DNA of 64,000 nt from Phycisphaera sp. TMED24 (GTDB lineage: Bacteria; Planctomycetota; Phycisphaerae; Phycisphaerales; SM1A02): the NCBI GenBank assembly GCA_002168105.2, contig NHCD02000037.1, positions 35,105 to 99,104 of the forward strand, written 5' to 3'. Every line of letters starts with the position of its first letter. Positions within the stretch are counted from its first letter, which is position 1. A program made the position numbers and the translations under genes. The notes beneath the pieces are model-generated. The model saw nothing but the letters and a program-made list of their open reading frames with translations, searched no databases and was not told where the DNA came from. Below, piece by piece: positions 10,056-19,695 of this stretch.

Positions 10056-10826
10056 GATGCCGCCAGATTGGATTCCGCCGTCACCGGTTTCCCCCGTCGA
10101 TCCTTCACCTGTTCCAGAACCACCCTGTTCCTCCGCCAGCTCTTCAGCAAGCAGGACCTCGATTTCTTCGAAGTGGTCTTTTGGGGGAGCCACTCGGTCG
10201 ATGGGAACAACCGTTCGGAGATCGACCAGCGGAGCATCCCATGGGTCTTCGCCAGGTTTCGCGCCCGTGGCCGTAAGCAAAATTTCCACGCCCATGGGAA
10301 GGCCTTGTTGGTCCGAATCCCAGCCGCTGAGCCATTCATCACCATCCCAAGCGCGTATCGAAAGGCTCACGATGCCTTCGGCGACCGGCCGAGCTTGGCC
10401 TCCACCACGCCAAAATTCATCGGGCATGGTGTCGCGACGGCGCCACAGGGTGGGGAGATCGCTCCCCATTTGTTCAATTCGGAATGCGGTTTCGTACTCT
10501 TGGCCATCGCCGGCGTAGTTCGCCGTGTTTCGCACCGAACGCAACCGAGTGTTGAACAAGATCAACTCATCGAAATCGGCATTTTCACCACCATCGTCTT
10601 CGATGAAGAAGTAGGTGTAAAACAGGTCATCGGTCCGGACCACCGAAACGATTTCTCGTCGCATGGCTTCCAAGGCGGCATCGGCACGAACCGCGGCATC
10701 AAGTCGGCGTCGTGCAGATTCACGTGCCGTTCCCAGGTTGGAGAAACTGGCTGCCAGCGTGCCGGCAATCATGGCGGCAATGGTGCCAGCAATGATCAGT
10801 TCGATCAGAGTGAAGGCCCTTCTCAT
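9888..10826 (-). CDS. gspJ: Type II secretion minor pseudopilin GspJ with Gly-rich repeat tail
   Basis: MRRA|FTLIELIIAG prepilin motif; LWRRRD, VAEGIVSLSIRAWDG.EW..GWDS..GLPMGVEI. Confidence 0.85.
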   Translation of the reverse strand: MRRAFTLIELIIAGTIAAMIAGTLAASFSNLGTARESARRRLDAAVRADAALEAMRREIVSVVRTDDLFYTYFFIEDDGGENADFDELILFNTRLRSVRNTANYAGDGQEYETAFRIEQMGSDLPTLWRRRDTMPDEFWRGGGQARPVAEGIVSLSIRAWDGDEWLSGWDSDQQGLPMGVEILLTATGAKPGEDPWDAPLVDLRTVVPIDRVAPPKDHFEEIEVLLAEELAEEQGGSGTGEGSTGETGDGGIQSGGIQPGGGGRPGIGGGGGRPTGGGGGRPTGGGGGRPTNGGGGGRPTPNNGGGFGGGPR

Positions 10827-11350
10827 CCTCCACCTCCCGAGGTGGTTCCGGTCTCGCCCGTGGCCGAAGCTTCGTCTTCTTCAGATCCGTACCAGCGGTC
10901 TTCTCGATCGACTTCGAGGAAGGGCTCGCGCGGTTCTTCAAGTTCATCCCAAAAGTCGATGTAAGTTTCGAGCCAAAGAGGCTCACGTCTGGATGCCACC
11001 AAGGTTTGGACACGAACGAGATCCGTTGGTCCGGGTCCCCAGCGTACGGTGGCGGTGACTTGGAAAGGATCTCGCTCGCCTTGATCCAGAATTCTGATTT
11101 CGTATTCGTAGGCACTGAATGGAGAATCGAACACGCCTTCATCGGCATTCCTTCGGGCGTACTGTGCCGGCCCTTCAGTCATCACCGTGCCCAACAAACT
11201 GTCAGCCAACCAAGCCGCCACGATTCGGTTCGCGCCTTCAGTCTGGGTTCCCATGGAGGCGCCAGTAAGACTGAAAATTGAACCAAGGCCGGCGGCCAGG
11301 ATCAGTCCCGCAACAATCACTTCCACCAAGGCAACGCCAGTCCGTTTCAC
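10823..11350 (-). CDS. gspI: Type II secretion minor pseudopilin GspI-like
   Basis: MKRTG|VALVEVIVAG prepilin motif; AAWLADSLL, EGVFDSPFSAYEYEI, QVTATVRW; lies between H and J. Confidence 0.78.
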   Translation of the reverse strand: MKRTGVALVEVIVAGLILAAGLGSIFSLTGASMGTQTEGANRIVAAWLADSLLGTVMTEGPAQYARRNADEGVFDSPFSAYEYEIRILDQGERDPFQVTATVRWGPGPTDLVRVQTLVASRREPLWLETYIDFWDELEEPREPFLEVDREDRWYGSEEDEASATGETGTTSGGGG

Positions 11351-11940
11351 CAGTCCACCTCACTTCTTCCGAGGCCGTCTAGATCGATTTCGTCCATGGC
11401 TTCGGCTCTTCCGTCTCGGCTTGGCGCGATGGACCATGGGCTCAGTCGGATCATTGAGGTGAGTTGGAGGTCTTCCTGACGGAGTAAAACCAAGATGTCT
11501 GGGCGATCCTCGCCGGGCCGGTGCGCGATGGGTTCACCTTCGGTGTCAATCAATTCCCCATCAAGTCGAACGTCGATCCCGTCTCGGGAGATGGCTTCGA
11601 TCAGTTCGACTGGTCGCACGTGCGGGTCGATGCGCCATTCAGTGACCCCGTCGATTTCATCTTGTACCAACAGGGCCAAACGATCTGAAACGACTTCCAT
11701 GCCTTGGAAATCAAGTTGACGTTGGAGGGCTACAGGTGCATTTCCGGTTCGATCGCGTAAGGCATACACCGAAAGCAAGTCCATGACTTGATCGGTTGCC
11801 AGTTGAAACTTGGCCGAAGGGTTTGCCCGAAGCGATGGGACCACGGCCAACGCGGCAAATGACAGCAAGATGGCTACCACAATGACTTCCACCAATGTGA
11901 AGCCACGCGAGCGTCGGATTGTCGGCGTACGACGTTTCAT
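11347..11940 (-). CDS. gspH: Type II secretion minor pseudopilin GspH-like
   Basis: RRSRG|FTLVEVIVVAILLSFAALAVVP; follows gspG. Confidence 0.75.
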   Translation of the reverse strand: MKRRTPTIRRSRGFTLVEVIVVAILLSFAALAVVPSLRANPSAKFQLATDQVMDLLSVYALRDRTGNAPVALQRQLDFQGMEVVSDRLALLVQDEIDGVTEWRIDPHVRPVELIEAISRDGIDVRLDGELIDTEGEPIAHRPGEDRPDILVLLRQEDLQLTSMIRLSPWSIAPSRDGRAEAMDEIDLDGLGRSEVDW

Positions 11941-11962
11941 GGGCAGGAAAAGAGACGGATCC

Positions 11963-12388
11963 TTAGTCAATCACGTCTGCGTTTTCTTCTTCGCCTCCGG
12001 GTTCACCGTCGGCACCGTACGAGACGACTTGCCAGCCATTGGCACCGCTTCCGCTGACATCGACAATGAATTCACGGCCCCAAGGGTCGACAACATCTTT
12101 TGGGCGCAAGGGAGCGCTGGCGCCGGTGGTCAACTCAGACACTTCAAAGTCATCGGGCACGGTGCTGAGGTTGTTGTTCATGAGATAGATCGAGATCTGC
12201 TGGCGAATGGTTGCTGCTTTCTGCGTAGCCACCTTTTGTCGCGAGCTTCCCAAGTTGCCGAAGACATTGGGGACCACGATGGTGGCCAGCAAAGCGATGA
12301 TGGTCACCACCACAATCACTTCGACCAAGGTGAACGCACGTCGGTGCGTGCGGCGGCGTTGGGTACGGGTTTGGTTCACTGGTTTCAT
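11963..12388 (-). CDS. gspG: Type II secretion major pseudopilin GspG
   Basis: RRA|FTLVEVIVVVTIIALLATIVVP, DPWGREF, VVSYGADGEPGGEEENAD; ATG 12388 with AAGGAA upstream. Confidence 0.93.
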   Translation of the reverse strand: MKPVNQTRTQRRRTHRRAFTLVEVIVVVTIIALLATIVVPNVFGNLGSSRQKVATQKAATIRQQISIYLMNNNLSTVPDDFEVSELTTGASAPLRPKDVVDPWGREFIVDVSGSGANGWQVVSYGADGEPGGEEENADVID

Positions 12389-12404
12389 ACCGGGTTCCTT
12401 TTGG

Positions 12405-13622
12405 TCACTGGATGGACTGCCCAAGTGAAAGCATGGGCAGCAACACTGCGGCGAGCACAAAGCCGCCAATGGCGGACATAAAGACAAGAAGAATAGGAGG
12501 AAGGGCTTTGGTGACGACTTTGATGGTAATGCCGACCTGTCGGTCGAAAGCATCCGCAGCGTGCAGCAACATGCCGTCCAGGCGCCCGGTTCTCTCGCCC
12601 AATCCAATCACTTGAATCAACAGGGCGGGGAAGAAGCCAGACGACTCCAAAGGTGCGGCGATGGGCCGTCCTGCGGTGACTTCGGTCTCAGTGGCTTCAA
12701 TGGCTTGACTTAGTGCCGCGTTGCCCATGGTCCCACGAGTGATTTTTAGTGCGTCCAAAATCGGCAAGCCCGAGGCGGCCAGGGTTCCCAGAGTTCGGGC
12801 AAATCGAGCCGCTGCCACATCCCGTTGCAGTTTCCCCAGAAGGGGGACCTGCAGGAGCATTCGATCCATCACCAACCGGTTGGCAGGAACGGAGGCCCAA
12901 GTGCGGAATCCGAAGACCGCAGCAATGGTGCCAACGGTCAGCACCAGCCACCAGTTGCTGACGAAATCTGCGATCGCAAGCAGAAGTTTGGTGGGTCCGG
13001 GTATTTCAAAACCATCCATGCCTACCAGAGGGTCAATCAGACCTGGAACGACGAAGGTGACAAAGATCGCGACTGAAGCCACCAGCAAAGCAAAGACCAT
13101 GCTGGGATAGATGGTTGCGCCAGCCACTTCACGTCTCAGTTCGACGGAGCGATCAAGCAAATCGGCCAGTTGCATCAACACTTCATTCATGCGGCCGGAC
13201 GCGTCGGCGGCACGCATCATCCCCACCACCATGTCGTCAAATGGCGCCCCCCAAGACTGCGCCGCTGCCCAAAGGGATTCACCGGCTTCGACTTTCTCGA
13301 CCAAGTGAGCGAGGATGGCCGCTTGTCGCTTGTCACTCGCCTGCTTCCGCATCACTGAGAGGGCTTGCATCAAAGGCAAACCCGCGTCAATGGCAGTTGC
13401 CAAGTCACGAACAAACGCCGCCAACTCGGCCTTGTTCAGCGTAGGTCCCGAACGGGCCCTCTTCTTGACCTTACTTTTTGATTCGCTCTCGGCGTTGGTT
13501 AAGTCCGTGACAACCTCTCCACGTGCGGCAAGCAAACGCAGTGCGTCAGAACGATCGTTTGCTTCGATGGTGCCATTGCTTGGAGCGCCATCGGAGAGCG
13601 CGGTGTAGCGGAACGTGGCCAT
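12405..13622 (-). CDS. gspF: Type II secretion inner-membrane platform protein GspF
   Basis: MATFRYTAL, LATAIDAGLPLMQAL, VEAGESL, ATIYP, RFARTLGTLAASGLPILDAL, GERTGRLDGML. Confidence 0.95.
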   Translation of the reverse strand: MATFRYTALSDGAPSNGTIEANDRSDALRLLAARGEVVTDLTNAESESKSKVKKRARSGPTLNKAELAAFVRDLATAIDAGLPLMQALSVMRKQASDKRQAAILAHLVEKVEAGESLWAAAQSWGAPFDDMVVGMMRAADASGRMNEVLMQLADLLDRSVELRREVAGATIYPSMVFALLVASVAIFVTFVVPGLIDPLVGMDGFEIPGPTKLLLAIADFVSNWWLVLTVGTIAAVFGFRTWASVPANRLVMDRMLLQVPLLGKLQRDVAAARFARTLGTLAASGLPILDALKITRGTMGNAALSQAIEATETEVTAGRPIAAPLESSGFFPALLIQVIGLGERTGRLDGMLLHAADAFDRQVGITIKVVTKALPPILLVFMSAIGGFVLAAVLLPMLSLGQSIQ

Positions 13623-13625
13623 GGC

Positions 13626-15209
13626 TTAGATCTCGTCTTCCACATCCTGGGTGGCACGAAGCACTTCATCGATGGTGGTTACCCCATCAGCCACCTTCTG
13701 GATGCCGTCTTGCCGCATGGATCGGTACCGTTCGTTGCTCAGCTTCTTGAGCTCGCTGGTGGATGTTCCCGAAGCAATGGCTTCGCGGAGTGTGTTGTGG
13801 ATTCCGATGAGTTCGAAGAATCCAACTCGACCACGGGTGCCGGTTTGGTTGCAAGCGGGGCATCCGGCTCCGCGGAAAGCCCGGCCGTCGAGGAGTTCCC
13901 ATTCAGCATCAGAGAGTCGAGGATCACGATCGATAGTGATTTCTTCTCGGCATTCCTGACAGATACGTCGTCCCAGCCGTTGCGCCAAGACCCCTTCAAG
14001 CACAGAGGCAACCAAGAAAGGTTCTACGCCCATGTCCACCAGTCGACCGATGGAGCTGATGGCGTCGTTGGTGTGCAGCGTCGACAGCAACAGGTGACCG
14101 GTCAGGGCGGAGCGAATCGAAATGTCCGCGGTTTCTCCGTCACGGATTTCCCCAACCAGGATGACATCTGGGTCTTGACGGAGTATGGCCCGAAGGCCGG
14201 TGGCGAAGGTCAAACCCCGTTTGGGGTTCACCGGCATCTGGTTGATTCCGGCAAGTTCGTATTCGACAGGGTCTTCAATCGTGATGATTTTCTTACGTGG
14301 GTCGTACAACTTAGAGAGGCACGCGTAGAGCGTGGTGGTCTTGCCGGAACCGGTCGGTCCCGTCACCAACACCATGCCGTGAGGCTTGGCGATCATTCGA
14401 TCCATGGTGTCTCGGTTGTCTTGGGCCATGCCGAGGCTCTTGAGATCAAGCGGCAGCGAGCTCTTGTCCAAAATCCGCATCACAACGGATTCCCCGTACA
14501 GGGTGGGCACGGTTGAAACCCGGATGTCAACTTTGCGTCCTTCAACCCTCAGCGTGATGTGTCCATCTTGGGGGACGTAACGCTCCGCAATATTCATGCC
14601 ACTCATGATTTTGATGCGGCCAATCAGCGCGGGTTGCAAGTGCTTGGGGGGAGGAGATTGTTCGACCAACTCCCCGTCAATGCGGTACTTGATCTTGAGT
14701 TCACTTTCGAACGGTTCCACATGAACGTCCGAGGTTCGGGATTGGATGGCTTCAATGAGCAGCAAGTTCACCAGGTTGATGAGAGTTGGCTGTTCGGCCA
14801 TGCGGTGGATGTCATCCGCTTCGATGGCATCCAAGTTGTGTTCGTAGTCATTGTCGTCCGCTTCCCCGGCCAGATCTTCGGCCATCCGGGCGGCGGTGGT
14901 GCCGTAGGCCCTTCGAACCAAGTCGTTGAACCTTTCGGTGTCAATGCCTTCACGTTGGACGGGAAGTCCCAAGCTGGCGGATGCTTCGTCCGCGGCGGAG
15001 AGATCCATAGGGTCCGCCATGATCGCTCGAGCCCAGCCATCTTTGACGGCGTAGGGCACGATGCGGAGCCGGACCGCCGTGTCGGGCGAGAGTCGGGCTG
15101 CAAGTTCCAGATCCAGATCGGGGGCCTCGTCGAGCCAAGGAATTCCAAACCGCTCGCAACGTTCTTTGAGTGATCCTGTCGGGAGTTCGATTGATGTGGG
15201 GTCACTCAT
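13626..15209 (-). CDS. gspE: Type II secretion ATPase GspE
   Basis: SDVHVEP, RIDG, PQDG, Walker A TGPTGSGKTTTLY, TIEDPVEY, LRQDPDVILVGEIRD, TGHLLLSTLHTND, CxxC...CxxC. Confidence 0.96.
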   Translation of the reverse strand: MSDPTSIELPTGSLKERCERFGIPWLDEAPDLDLELAARLSPDTAVRLRIVPYAVKDGWARAIMADPMDLSAADEASASLGLPVQREGIDTERFNDLVRRAYGTTAARMAEDLAGEADDNDYEHNLDAIEADDIHRMAEQPTLINLVNLLLIEAIQSRTSDVHVEPFESELKIKYRIDGELVEQSPPPKHLQPALIGRIKIMSGMNIAERYVPQDGHITLRVEGRKVDIRVSTVPTLYGESVVMRILDKSSLPLDLKSLGMAQDNRDTMDRMIAKPHGMVLVTGPTGSGKTTTLYACLSKLYDPRKKIITIEDPVEYELAGINQMPVNPKRGLTFATGLRAILRQDPDVILVGEIRDGETADISIRSALTGHLLLSTLHTNDAISSIGRLVDMGVEPFLVASVLEGVLAQRLGRRICQECREEITIDRDPRLSDAEWELLDGRAFRGAGCPACNQTGTRGRVGFFELIGIHNTLREAIASGTSTSELKKLSNERYRSMRQDGIQKVADGVTTIDEVLRATQDVEDEI

Positions 15210-16516
15210 CGTTGCTTCCCTCCTCTTTTCCCTTTTCCACCACCAGCTTTGGGGTTCAAATTGTTCTTGCCGCTTTCCAGCATTTTGCGTCTCTGGGCGG
15301 ATTTGGGGCCGTCTTTTGATCCGGTGGAGTCTCGGGCTGGTCTTGGGAGGTATCGGCTCGCACCAGGCAGTTGCGAGAACTTCGTCCGTCCCAAGATCTC
15401 CAGGAGTCTTCCGGCGAAATCCCGTGAGGTGTACTCGACTTCGGAAGAGGCCATACGGATTGGGTTTTGGTTCAACTCTGTCGCGGTGGCACGTTCTCGG
15501 TCTCGCGAACGCATGGCTCGTGAGACTTTGTCTTCTTGCTCATAGGTGACCAAGGCCTCACGCCAAGCGGCACGCTTTGCGGCGATCTCGGTTCGGAATT
15601 CAGTGTCCAGTTCCGTCACCCGAAGGGTTGTGTCCTCATCCAAGTCGGTGCGTTCAAGAGCCGCATCAAAAATCCGTTCGACGGCATTCTTCCGGCCATA
15701 GATCTGTGGGTAGGCCGCAGCCAAGGCTGCTTGTTCAAAAGTAGGGCCCCATGTCCCGAAGGCCGTGGCGATCAGTCCGCGGTGGACTTCCTGGAGATCA
15801 CGAATTTTGGCATCCAATGCCAACAACTCGATGACGGGGTCGTACGCATCTTTGAGCTCTGATTCCGTCATGGCGTTCATGATGGCCTGCTGGGCTTTTC
15901 GAGCCGGTTGCTCTCGAGCCAGCAGGGCTTCATCAATTGCCAGTTCCCAGGCAACGAGTGCGGGCTCCGCGATCAACTGTGCATCCCGGGGGATCTCGGT
16001 GGTGCGGAGGACGCGCCGAAGATTGACAGATTCGCCGCTCAAGACATTGCAACGTCCCAGTTCTTTTTCAAGACGCAGGGAACGCATCATTTCGTCCCAA
16101 CGGGCAAGTTGGTCGCCGTTGAGTACCGAGCGCAAACTGGCGAGGAGCAGATCCCGGTTGTCGTGCCATCGGTCTGCTTGTTCGCGGAACGGACGGAAGA
16201 CCTCACGAAGCAGTTCTTCTTCTCCCATGCCCTCTTTGACGCGGGCCTGCAAGTTTTCAAAGCTGTCGGTGGTGGTGGTCCGTCCTTGTTCGTGAGAATC
16301 TTCGTACTCGAAGTAGAAGGCCTCAAAGACGGCTTGTTGTCCTTCATCCAACTCGAAGATCTCGGTGATGAGTTTGAGATCTCGCCGCAGGAAGTACGGG
16401 TTCATGTATTCGGCAATTCCCGCTGCCGCTCCGATTTGAGCATGGGCCGTGGGGGCCACAAAAATCAAGGCAAGCAGGGATACGATCAGTTGACGTGGAA
16501 ACATTCGGGACCTCAT
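15206..16516 (-). CDS. Hypothetical exported helical protein
   Basis: Signal peptide ending AHA; helical acidic body; basic Gly-rich tail; ATGA overlap with gspE. Confidence 0.7.
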   Translation of the reverse strand: MRSRMFPRQLIVSLLALIFVAPTAHAQIGAAAGIAEYMNPYFLRRDLKLITEIFELDEGQQAVFEAFYFEYEDSHEQGRTTTTDSFENLQARVKEGMGEEELLREVFRPFREQADRWHDNRDLLLASLRSVLNGDQLARWDEMMRSLRLEKELGRCNVLSGESVNLRRVLRTTEIPRDAQLIAEPALVAWELAIDEALLAREQPARKAQQAIMNAMTESELKDAYDPVIELLALDAKIRDLQEVHRGLIATAFGTWGPTFEQAALAAAYPQIYGRKNAVERIFDAALERTDLDEDTTLRVTELDTEFRTEIAAKRAAWREALVTYEQEDKVSRAMRSRDRERATATELNQNPIRMASSEVEYTSRDFAGRLLEILGRTKFSQLPGASRYLPRPARDSTGSKDGPKSAQRRKMLESGKNNLNPKAGGGKGKRGGKQR

Positions 16517-16576
16517 GTCGTTCTGTTGAACGAACAAAATCGGCTCTGAATGCCAATCTGCGGGATTTTTTCCGTC

Positions 16577-17839
16577 TTAGGGTCGAATCAGCCACCTGAG
16601 CAAGGTGGTGAACTTGGGCGGCGTACCGCTGGACAGGATTCCCACCCGAAAAACGCGTCCAGCGCCCACCAGGAGCGTTCTGGTAATGGCGGTATGCCAC
16701 ACAAGACCTACGCCAAGTTGCCAATACGGAACTGGGATTTCGCCGGCACTTCGCATGGCCATGATGTACGGCCCAATGACCGGGGCAAATGAGGCAATGC
16801 TGGCAGGCATGCCATGGGGGGCTTGGGCGATTGGCATGATGAAAAAGACAGGGACGCCCAGCAGAGCCACAATCGGACCCATGAGGTTGCCAGCCTCCCT
16901 TTGGTCGTGCACCACCGCACCCACCGCCGCCAGAATTGCCGCGGCCCCAAGGAATGCCAAGGCAAACCATGCCAGCGGCCAGAGCAGCTGTGGATCCAAA
17001 ATCAGGCCCACTTTTCCTGCGGCGATAAGGGCGCTGATGCCAAGTCCTCCGTAGATCCCCACCGTGGTCAGGGCCACTCCACTTTGGCCCAGAATTTTGC
17101 CCATCATGAGCCGTTCTGGAGAAGTGGTGCTCAGCAACACCTCAACGACTTTGTTGGCTTTTTCGTCCAGAGTGGTTTGCATCAGCTGCGCGCTGGTCCC
17201 AAAGCTTGCTCCCCAAAGCAAGAACATCAGTCCCATCGGGATCACCAAGGCTCTGAGCTTTCTGGATTGAGAATCCTCGGCCGTGAGTCCTTGGTCATCA
17301 AGACGGGTGGTCGTGATGGTTGGGGGAGTTCGCAGGCGGTCGATGAGGGTTGGATCCACTTCAGCTCGACGCTGACGGAGGGTCACCACCGTGTCGGCCA
17401 ATGCGGTTTCGACGGCATCCACTTGGGGACGACCGAGCGCATCGTGCAGCGTCAAGAGGATCTCACCTTCCAGGTTGTCGGGGCTCAAGAGGCTGTCGGG
17501 GATCTTCGCCATCACCGGGTTTGAGCCGTTCGGAGGATCGGTTCGCGGACCGGCTGCGACTTCTCCTTCAAAATTCACGGTGACCGAGGGCAAGTCCCCG
17601 ACACTCTCGGCATCGACCCCAAGCTTCAACCTCTCGGTGAAAGCAATTCGAAATTCCTCACTGCTTTGGATCCAAATGGTGCCTGAGACCGGTGGCTCGG
17701 TATGGGTGAGCGCCATCCCAGACGAAAGCACGGCCACGACCACCAAGACCAAAGGCATGGCGATCAAGCTGATCAGGAAGGCTGGTGTCAACGCGGTTTC
17801 GCGGAACTCGCGCCAGGCAATGGTTCGAAGGTCACGCAT
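16577..17839 (-). CDS. ABC-2 type exporter permease (NatB-like)
   Basis: MRDLRTIAWREF..AFLISL, LMQTTLDEKANKVVEVLLS..SPERLMMGKILG, AAVGA, AGRVFRVGIL..G. Confidence 0.9.
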   Translation of the reverse strand: MRDLRTIAWREFRETALTPAFLISLIAMPLVLVVVAVLSSGMALTHTEPPVSGTIWIQSSEEFRIAFTERLKLGVDAESVGDLPSVTVNFEGEVAAGPRTDPPNGSNPVMAKIPDSLLSPDNLEGEILLTLHDALGRPQVDAVETALADTVVTLRQRRAEVDPTLIDRLRTPPTITTTRLDDQGLTAEDSQSRKLRALVIPMGLMFLLWGASFGTSAQLMQTTLDEKANKVVEVLLSTTSPERLMMGKILGQSGVALTTVGIYGGLGISALIAAGKVGLILDPQLLWPLAWFALAFLGAAAILAAVGAVVHDQREAGNLMGPIVALLGVPVFFIMPIAQAPHGMPASIASFAPVIGPYIMAMRSAGEIPVPYWQLGVGLVWHTAITRTLLVGAGRVFRVGILSSGTPPKFTTLLRWLIRP

Positions 17840-18698
17840 CAGCATCCTCCGAGAAGAAGTCCCGAAGTTGGCGGCCGGTCCTTCGGATCTCCCTGACCCC
17901 AGTCCACTGCGCGGCTTCGCGGAAGACTTCATCGATGGTGCTGTTTTGGGCTTCAATGATCCAGCGGTCATTTCCGATTTTTACCGCGTGGGGCGGCCCG
18001 GTCTCTGCCCGAAGTTCAATCTTTGGATGACCTTGGGCCAAGACCTGTTGGAGCGATCCTGAAGCCAAGGTTTGTCCTTGCTTGAGCAATAGCACGTGGT
18101 CGCAGAGTGCTTCCGCTTGCGGTAGCAAATGGGTCGAGAGCAAGATGGTGGCACCCCGCTCTGAAGCTTCACGAATCAAGTCCTCAAGCAGTTGCACGGC
18201 AACGGGATCGAGGCCACTGAATGGTTCATCCAAGATGAGCAAGTCTGGTTCATGTTGCAGCGCGGCCGCAAGTTGCACTTTCTGCTGCATGCCTTTGGAC
18301 AGTTCTCGGCACCGTGATCGTTCCACCCCGGGAAGGTCCACTTTTTCGAGCCAGTGGAGGGCTCGCTTTCGAGCCTCCTGAGCCGTTAAACCTCGAAGTT
18401 TCCCCAGAAAGGCCAGCCACTCGCCAACTTTGGCTCGGCGGGGTACGCCACGCTCTTCGGGCAGATATCCCACTCGGCTTCGGGCTGCTTCGGGACTTTC
18501 GCCCAAGACACTGACTTGGCCTTCGTCCAGTCGAAGGATGCCAGTAAGTGTTCGGATCAAAGTACTTTTTCCGGCGCCGTTTGGTCCCAGCAGCCCGCAA
18601 CGCATGCCTCGTTCCAACCTGAGGTTGACTCGGTTGAGGGCCAACTTGGTGCCGTAGCGTTTGACCCCGTCTTCAATCACCACCACCGATTCATTCAT
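17832..18698 (-). CDS. ABC exporter ATP-binding protein (NatA-like)
   Basis: GPNGAGKST, GYLPEERG, LSKGMQQKV, LILDEPFSGLDP, LSTH. Confidence 0.95.
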   Translation of the reverse strand: MNESVVVIEDGVKRYGTKLALNRVNLRLERGMRCGLLGPNGAGKSTLIRTLTGILRLDEGQVSVLGESPEAARSRVGYLPEERGVPRRAKVGEWLAFLGKLRGLTAQEARKRALHWLEKVDLPGVERSRCRELSKGMQQKVQLAAALQHEPDLLILDEPFSGLDPVAVQLLEDLIREASERGATILLSTHLLPQAEALCDHVLLLKQGQTLASGSLQQVLAQGHPKIELRAETGPPHAVKIGNDRWIIEAQNSTIDEVFREAAQWTGVREIRRTGRQLRDFFSEDADA

Positions 18699-19591
18699 GG
18701 CGACTTCGATGGTTTTTCTGGAACAAGTGGTTTGGTGGTGGGGTCGGGTTCGATGGCTTCCGGCTTTGTTGGCTCGGATGCCCCCTTATTTTGAGTGGCA
18801 AGAGAGGGTTCGTCTCGGACCACCACGGGATTTGGGTTCTTGGCGTCCTTCACCTTTTGTGGCACTGTCAAAGCAAGTGGAACTTCCAATATTGATGCCG
18901 AAGTTCTTTGCGCCAAACGTACTTTGCCGTTCATTCCAGTCAAAGTCAGTTGTTTGGGAAGTTTGATGGTGTCGGTGGACTCCCAATTTTGAAAGTCGGT
19001 GATGCGGCGGGCCCCACTGCGGGAGTTCGCCGCCGACTCATGGGCAACGGGCAACCCAGTAATGACAGAGAGGTACATAAATTCTGCGCCTTCCTCGAGG
19101 AAGGTTGGATCGCTCGATCCCGCCAAGCGGATTCGGTAACACGCCTCATCACCTCGCATCACCAAGCCCATGGTGCGTCGCTCAGGGCGTCGGTTCCAGG
19201 CGGCGAGGAATTCAAGATGGGGTTGGGCGATTGGATCCCACTGGTGCAGTCGATCCTGAGAGATCCGAACCGGCGGAATATTGGTGTGCTGGGGCAACTG
19301 CATCCAGTCAAACTTGTTGGTGTGGAAGAGCGTGAGGTGCCCTTTGCCTTGCTTCACCTTCAACTCATACGAGGTGTCGGTGACTTTGACAGTCAGTTCT
19401 TCTTTGGGGGTTGGGGTGGTGCTGGGCTTGCCACCGGCTTCGGTTTTGGTCACCGTCCAAGAGGTCTGGAGGTTGGTGGCCAGTGCGTCCTCGCCACCAA
19501 GAGCAGCTGTGGCTTTTGCCAAGAGTTCGTCAGGGGTTGGCAGTTCACCAGCAAGACCCAGGATCAGCAGCGGTATGGCACAAGAAAGCAT
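18695..19591 (-). CDS. Hypothetical exported protein, possibly LolA-like/lipoprotein-sorting fold
   Basis: Start re-set to MLSCAIPLLILGLA (signal-like); LPTPDELLAKATAALGGEDAL N-terminus; G..CYRIRL, MYLS..TGLPV, DFQNW...IKLP; ATGA overlap with the ABC ATPase gene. Confidence 0.6.
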   Translation of the reverse strand: MLSCAIPLLILGLAGELPTPDELLAKATAALGGEDALATNLQTSWTVTKTEAGGKPSTTPTPKEELTVKVTDTSYELKVKQGKGHLTLFHTNKFDWMQLPQHTNIPPVRISQDRLHQWDPIAQPHLEFLAAWNRRPERRTMGLVMRGDEACYRIRLAGSSDPTFLEEGAEFMYLSVITGLPVAHESAANSRSGARRITDFQNWESTDTIKLPKQLTLTGMNGKVRLAQRTSASILEVPLALTVPQKVKDAKNPNPVVVRDEPSLATQNKGASEPTKPEAIEPDPTTKPLVPEKPSKSP

Positions 19592-19695
19592 GCTCCAATC
19601 ATGCCATAAATGGTGAATCTGGGCCAAAAATCGGGAAGCATCCATTGATCCGGATAGATGGACATCATCCCCAAGACGGCCTACTATCTTCGCCA

